Shown here piece after piece: positions 45,900 to 64,000 of a stretch of DNA of 64,000 bases. Numbering within the stretch: the first letter of the stretch is position 1; each line of letters opens with the position of its first letter. This DNA is from the human T2T-CHM13v2.0 reference genome, Homo sapiens: assembly GCF_009914755.1 (NCBI RefSeq), contig NC_060946.1. The stretch is one strand, 5' to 3'. The notes under the pieces were generated by a model. It ran no database searches, was not told the origin of the DNA, and worked only from the letters and a program-made list of their open reading frames with translations. Position numbers and translations under genes: made by a program.

Positions 45900-47190
45900 G
45901 TTATCCACTTATTCAACAAATATTTATTACACCTCTGCTATCAGCTGGGCAGGTTCAAGGCGTGGGATACAGCAGTGGAAAAGGTGATGCTTCAAAGGAG
46001 GGCCTTGAAAACAAACAGGAAAGACCACGAGCGGTGGCTCACTCCTGTAATCCCAGCATTCCGGGAGGCCAAGGAGGGTGGATCACCTGAGGTCAGGAGT
46101 TCAAGACCAGCCTGGCCAACATGGTGAAACCCTGTCTCTACTAAAAATACAAAAAATTAGCTGGGTGTGGTGGCTCACGCCTTTAGTCCCAGCTACTCAG
46201 GAGGCTGAGACGGGAGAATTGCTTGAACCTGGGAGGTGGAGGTTGCAGTGAGCCGAGATGGTGCCACTGCACGCACCAGCCTGGGAGACAAAAGGAAACT
46301 GTCTCAAAAGAAAAGAAAAAGATGGTGTTTTGCCCACATCCTCCATGGAGCTTGTCCTAGTGGAGAGAGGAAAATCATCAAATCAACAAGGAAACATCGG
46401 TATGTCAGGTGCTATGGATTGATCTAGAGAATAACAGAGCAGAGCAACAGGAGAGAGTGGAGGAGGGATTGTTCTGTGGCAGGACCTTCAGGGTGGGGGT
46501 GGGCCTCTGGGAGGAGGTGGCATTGGAGCAGATGTGAGTGTTTTGAGAAGAGAGAGTAAGGAGGGCCAGTGAGGCGGGGGATGGGAGGGCAAAGGTGACC
46601 ATGGCGGGGAGTGAGGTGGGAAGGAGCCCTCCTGCGGGACCCAGCCATGGACTCGGGAATCTATCCCAAGCACTTTAGGAAGCCGAAGGAGGGGAGGAGC
46701 TGGCTCTGATGTGGGTCTGGGGAGGTTCACTCTGGCTGCTCCTGTGGGAGGGTGGAAGCTGTGCCTGGGCCGGGTGAGCAGTGGCGGAAGCAGGGACCCA
46801 GCAGCAGCCATGGGGCCACAAGTGCACATGGCCCTGGTGGCTTCCGAAGCAGGAGCCGCTGGCACCTGGTGTTGGGTTGGGAAAGGGGGAAAAGGAAACA
46901 GAGGTCTCTAAGGTGACTTCTGGGTTTTTGTCCTAAGCGACAGAGTGGACAGTGGTGCCATTTCCTGGGGGAAGAGCGGGTTTGAGGGACCACGCCTTGC
47001 ACTTTGGAAGGTGTTTAAAACATCCACGTGGCAGTGCCCAGCAGGTAATCCCATGTGCAGGCTGGAGCGCTGCGGAGAGGCTGGAGGTGGAGATAAATGT
47101 GGGAGTCACTCATTGGCAGAGTGTACTCCAGTGGGAGTGGGTTAGATCCCCTATGGAGTGAGCTTCAATAGAGAAGAGGAGGAGTCTGAG
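45900..47190 (-). mobile_element. L2 3' region
   Basis: attcaacaaatatttatt..gggatacagcagtg..catggagctt..tcactctggctgct..ggagataaatgtgggagtca. Confidence 0.8.
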
Positions 47191-47269
47191 GAACATTCAG
47201 GGGACAAGAGCCCATGAGGCTCCACGCTGCCTAAAGCCCTTGTCTCCCAGCTCACATGTTGTCACCTGA

Positions 47270-48248
<979 letters not shown>

Positions 48249-48309
48249 TGATCTGCCTGCCTCAGCTTCCCAGAGTGCTGGGATTACAGGCATGAGCCAC
48301 CACGCCCAG

Positions 48310-53838
<5,529 letters not shown>

Positions 53839-53998
53839 TAGTAGAGACCGGTTTTCACCACTTTGGCCAGGCTGGTCTCAAACTCCCAACCTCAGACGAT
53901 CCACCCACCTCGGCCTTCCCAAGTGCTGGGATTACAGGCATGAGTCACCGCGCCCACCCTGTTTTCAGTGAATTCTTTCTTCACATCACATCCCATGA

Positions 53999-54280
<282 letters not shown>

Positions 54281-54700
54281 TGATCCACCCGTCTCGGCCT
54301 CCAAAAGTACTGGGATTACAGGCGTGAGCCACCACACCCAGCATTTTTTATTTTATTTTATTTTGTTTTTGAAATAAAGTCTTGCTCTGTCACCCAAGCT
54401 GGAGTGCAGTGATGCGATCTTGGCTCACTGCAACCTCCACCTCCTGGGTTCAAGCAATTCTTGTGCCTCAGTCTCCCAAGTAGCTGAGACTACAGGCACA
54501 TGGCACCACATTCAACTAATTTTTTGTAGTTTTTGTAGAGACAGGCTTATTGAGGCTGGTCTCGAACTTCTGACTTCAAGTGATCTGCCCGCCTCAGCCT
54601 CCCAAAGTGCCAGGATTACAAGCGTGAGCCACCATGCATGGCCAAGGAGTCCTTTTTATGCAGTAGAAATTTGTCCTTTTTTTTTTTTTTTTTTTTTTGA

Positions 54701-55069
<369 letters not shown>

Positions 55070-55369
55070 TAGCCAGAAATTTGTCTTATTTGTTGCATAT
55101 ATTATTGTTCAGTTTGTTGTCTTTTGACTATTATTTTTCCCTGGAAAATGTTAAAATTTTTACTGTGGTCAAAGTTGATAACTTCTGAGTTTTGAGTCAT
55201 GCTTAAGTAAGCCCATCCCACTGCAAGATTATAAATTTTTTTAATCTGGTTACTTTTATGGTTTCATGTTTTAGACGTGTATCGTTGAGCCTTTGAAACT
55301 TATTTTAGTGTAAGTAATGTAGGAAGGATACAAAGGCATTGTTTCCAGATGGCTACTCAATATTCCAGA

Positions 55370-55476
55370 ATGATTTATTGCATAAGCCATTCTTTCCTTT
55401 GTGTATTTGGGTGTGTTTCAGGACTTTGTATTCTATTAATGTTGTCTATTTGTGTTCCCCCAAAAAGTATTTTAAT
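55370..55476 (+). repeat. 107-bp direct duplication, copy B (probable donor, within old L1M)
   Basis: Contiguous with flanking L1M-like sequence. Confidence 0.96.
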
Positions 55477-55633
55477 ATAATAGTTGTGTTTTTGTTTTTG
55501 TTTTTGTTTTTGTTTTTTGAGATGGAGTTTCACTCTTGTTGCCCAGGCTGGAGTGCAATGGCGTGATCTCAGTTCACCACAACCTCTGCCTCCTTGGGTT
55601 CAAGTGATTCTCCTACCTCAGCCTCCCGAGTAG

Positions 55634-56105
<472 letters not shown>

Positions 56106-57182
56106 TAGTCTTGAACTTCTGGGCTCAAGCGATCCATCTGCCTCAGCCTCCCTAAAGTGCAGAAATTACAGATGTGAGCCACCACACCCAGCTATGAATT
56201 CTCTTCGTCCTTAAAACCAGCTTTTCTGTTTCTTGGGGGGTCTCACAATTAATTTATAAATTAATTGAGAAATAATTGGCATCTTTATAATATTTATTTC
56301 CCTCCTTTTTTTTTACACAAAGTTAGCATACCATATAATCTATTCTGCTCCTTGCTTTTTTTCACTAAACAATATATTCCAGAGATCTTCCTTTCACACT
56401 TCATAGATTTTCCTTATTCTTTTGTATAGCTGCATAGTATTCCATTGGTAGATGTACCATACCCTGTTTAATTGGTCCCTTACAGATGAATACTTAGACT
56501 TTGAATCCTTTGCTGTTACCACCATTACTGTAATGAAATCTTGTGCACGACTCCTTTTGTGTGTACACACCAGGTTCGATCCTACCACAGGGACTTTGCC
56601 CTTTCCTCCCCACCACCCATATTCACATGGCTCACTCCCTCACTGCCTTCTTTCTCCAAGAGGCTCACCCAGCCTTCTCAATCTCCCTATCCTGTTAAAT
56701 TTTTTTCGTATAGCAATCATCACCTTCAGACAGAGTATATATAATTTACTCTTTGATTATGTTTATTGTCTGTTTCCTACCACCAGATTGCAAGGGTTTT
56801 TGTTGCTGTTTTGTTTTGGTTTTGTCCAACTTGTTCACTGATTTGTATTCCTGGCACCAGAAAGGTAACTGATACTAAAATAATAATTGCTGAAGGGCCA
56901 GGTTTGGTGGCTCATGCCTGTAATCCCAGGACTTTGGGAGGCCAAGCCCAGGAGTTCAAGACTAGCCTAGGCAACATAGCGAGACTCCATCTCTATTAAA
57001 AAAAAAGAGAGAGAGAGAGAGAAAGAAAATTTTTAAAAAGAAGCAAATATAAGCATAGCATTTAGCAGAACACAGACTAAAAAAAAAACTGTTGAATTAA
57101 TATACAAATATATTTGTAAGATAAATTCCTAGAATGGGATTGCTGGGTCAAAATGTAGGTCTTCCATTTTATTTCAAATTAA

Positions 57183-57371
<189 letters not shown>

Positions 57372-58171
57372 TAGATGCGGGCTTTCGCCATGTTGCCCAG
57401 GCTGGTCTCTAACTCCTGAGCTCAAGCGATCTGCCTGCCTTGGCCTCCCAAAGTGCTGGAATTACGGGTGTGAGCCACTGCGCCTGGCCAGGCTTTCTCA
57501 TTTATTTGTGTAATAATCACAGTCCTTTTAGGGTTCTTTGTAGCTATGGTTATTTTCTCATTTCATTTCTAATTTTGTTAGAAATGGTCTTAAGAAGGTA
57601 TTTTCAATATTTCAAGAAGTCCAAATTCTACAGGCTTGCTTGCACTAACTAGCAAAATAAAATGCTCCAAGATTTCCTGCTTTGAGCTAAAATGCTATTA
57701 GCTCAGTGGGGTAATGGTGGTGATCTCCTGCTGATATGAAGCTCTGACAGTAGCTTGAAAATTGTTGATGTGTAAAGAGTGGAGTTACAGCTTAGTTACC
57801 ACTTAAAGGCAGGTATTCTCAATAGACAAGTTTTCTAAAACATGGATCTGTGGTGAAGGTGGTGGTATTGGGGCAAACAAAGGGGTCCTTGGTCAATAAC
57901 AATGGCCAATAACCGTAAAGCTGTGTTAGGAAATCTCTTCTAGCCTTTGCTGCTTTGTGTTAACCCTTGTCAGCTTGGACAGAAGAGCCATAACCTGTTT
58001 AGCAAGAAACAGGTCCACTGTTTTTGTCCTGGATTGCCTGCAGCTGTTATTTCTAAAAGTTCTAAAAGTTCAGTTACCATGACAACTATGTGAAAGCCCC
58101 AGAACATCTATCAACTTTGAACAGAGTGAATCTGGATGGAGGTGCGGCAGAGTGGGAAGAGCAAGGTGTGA

Positions 58172-58548
<377 letters not shown>

Positions 58549-58689
58549 TGATCCACCCGCCTCGGCCTCCCAAAGTGCTGGGATCACAGGCATGAGCCAC
58601 AGCATCCGGCAAATCTCCCGATATTAAATGAGTTTTGAACACTCCTCAGTATCAGGCACTGGGGATACATAGATGAGCATGGCAGATAA

Positions 58690-59016
<327 letters not shown>

Positions 59017-59719
59017 TGAGCCACCACGCCCAGCTGTAGGCCTATATTTTAATAGTATCTCTGCCTTTTAGTAGCTTGGTGATATCGGCCACTCACTAAG
59101 CTTCTCTGAATCTCATGAGCAGAATGGGGTTACTAACACCTCCTTTGCAGGGTGAGGCTCTGGATTTAGGGCACGTGCTATAGAAATGTTAGTTTCCTTC
59201 CTCCTAACCCTGGCTCAGCCATTTACTGGCTCTGTGGCCTGGGAGAAGGTCTTTACCTTCTTGGAGCTTCTGTTTCCTCATAGGTATCTCTAAAGTCGCT
59301 TCTACACCTGGGAGCCTTGGGCCCTGATGGGTTAAATATGGAAGCTCTGAGAAGCCAGGTTGGCTGCTCCAGCTCCTTCCTTCCCAACCAAAACAAACCC
59401 GGAAGTACAGGTTCTTTCTGATGACAGCAACCCCCAGCCACAGGTTTTCCAGGGCTGGGCTAATTTCAGACGAGAATCCCGTGCTTGTCAGACCAGATTT
59501 CCTGCTTTGGGACTTGGGAAATCCAGTTGCCTTAAACTGACCTTTCTCTGGGCCACTCTTCTTGTACCAGGTGGAGAACCTGTAGCAAAAAAAAAAAAAC
59601 TGGTCACAGTCCGTAGACCCACGGCCTCGTAGAGAACGGCAGTGGGAGTCACGACATCGTGCTGGGTCCCAGGGACCTGGTGTTAAGTTCTCCATGGAGC
59701 TTTCTGTTTTTCTTTCTTT

Positions 59720-61275
<1,556 letters not shown>

Positions 61276-61399
61276 CTCTCCATAGAATTTTAATTCCCTC
61301 AAGCTGGGAGAATCATCCCTGCCCTGCCTTACTCTTGGGCTGGTGTGAGGATCAAGTATGACAGTGGAGAAAAAATAGTCGTAGCAGTGCTAACAACTC

Positions 61400-64000
<2,601 letters not shown>

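Overview
Human-type (primate) genomic DNA containing one recognisable protein-coding gene, RBX1 (RING-box protein 1/ROC1, the RING subunit of cullin-RING ligases). It lies on the + strand as 5 coding exons (7592-7669, 9752-9830, 20244-20314, 23996-24081, 28673-28685; 327 nt, 108 aa) with a CpG-island promoter and a poly(A) signal at 28837. The rest is extremely repeat-rich: about 110 Alu copies or fragments by eye (many nested, with target-site duplications), plus old L1M, L2, MIR, MLT1 LTRs and MER DNA transposons. Nearly all ORFs in the supplied track are Alu or GC-content artefacts. I found no convincing new multi-gene system. The best leads are (i) a candidate poison/alternative-last exon module in RBX1 intron 3 (strong acceptor opening on an in-frame TGA, consensus donor, two RBFOX motifs, clustered poly(A) signals) and (ii) two ~97%-identical local templated insertions (316 bp and 107 bp) pasted into older repeats, with junctions suggesting template-switch repair. 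Repeat family names come from recalled consensus sequences, not a RepeatMasker run, and repeat boundaries are approximate.
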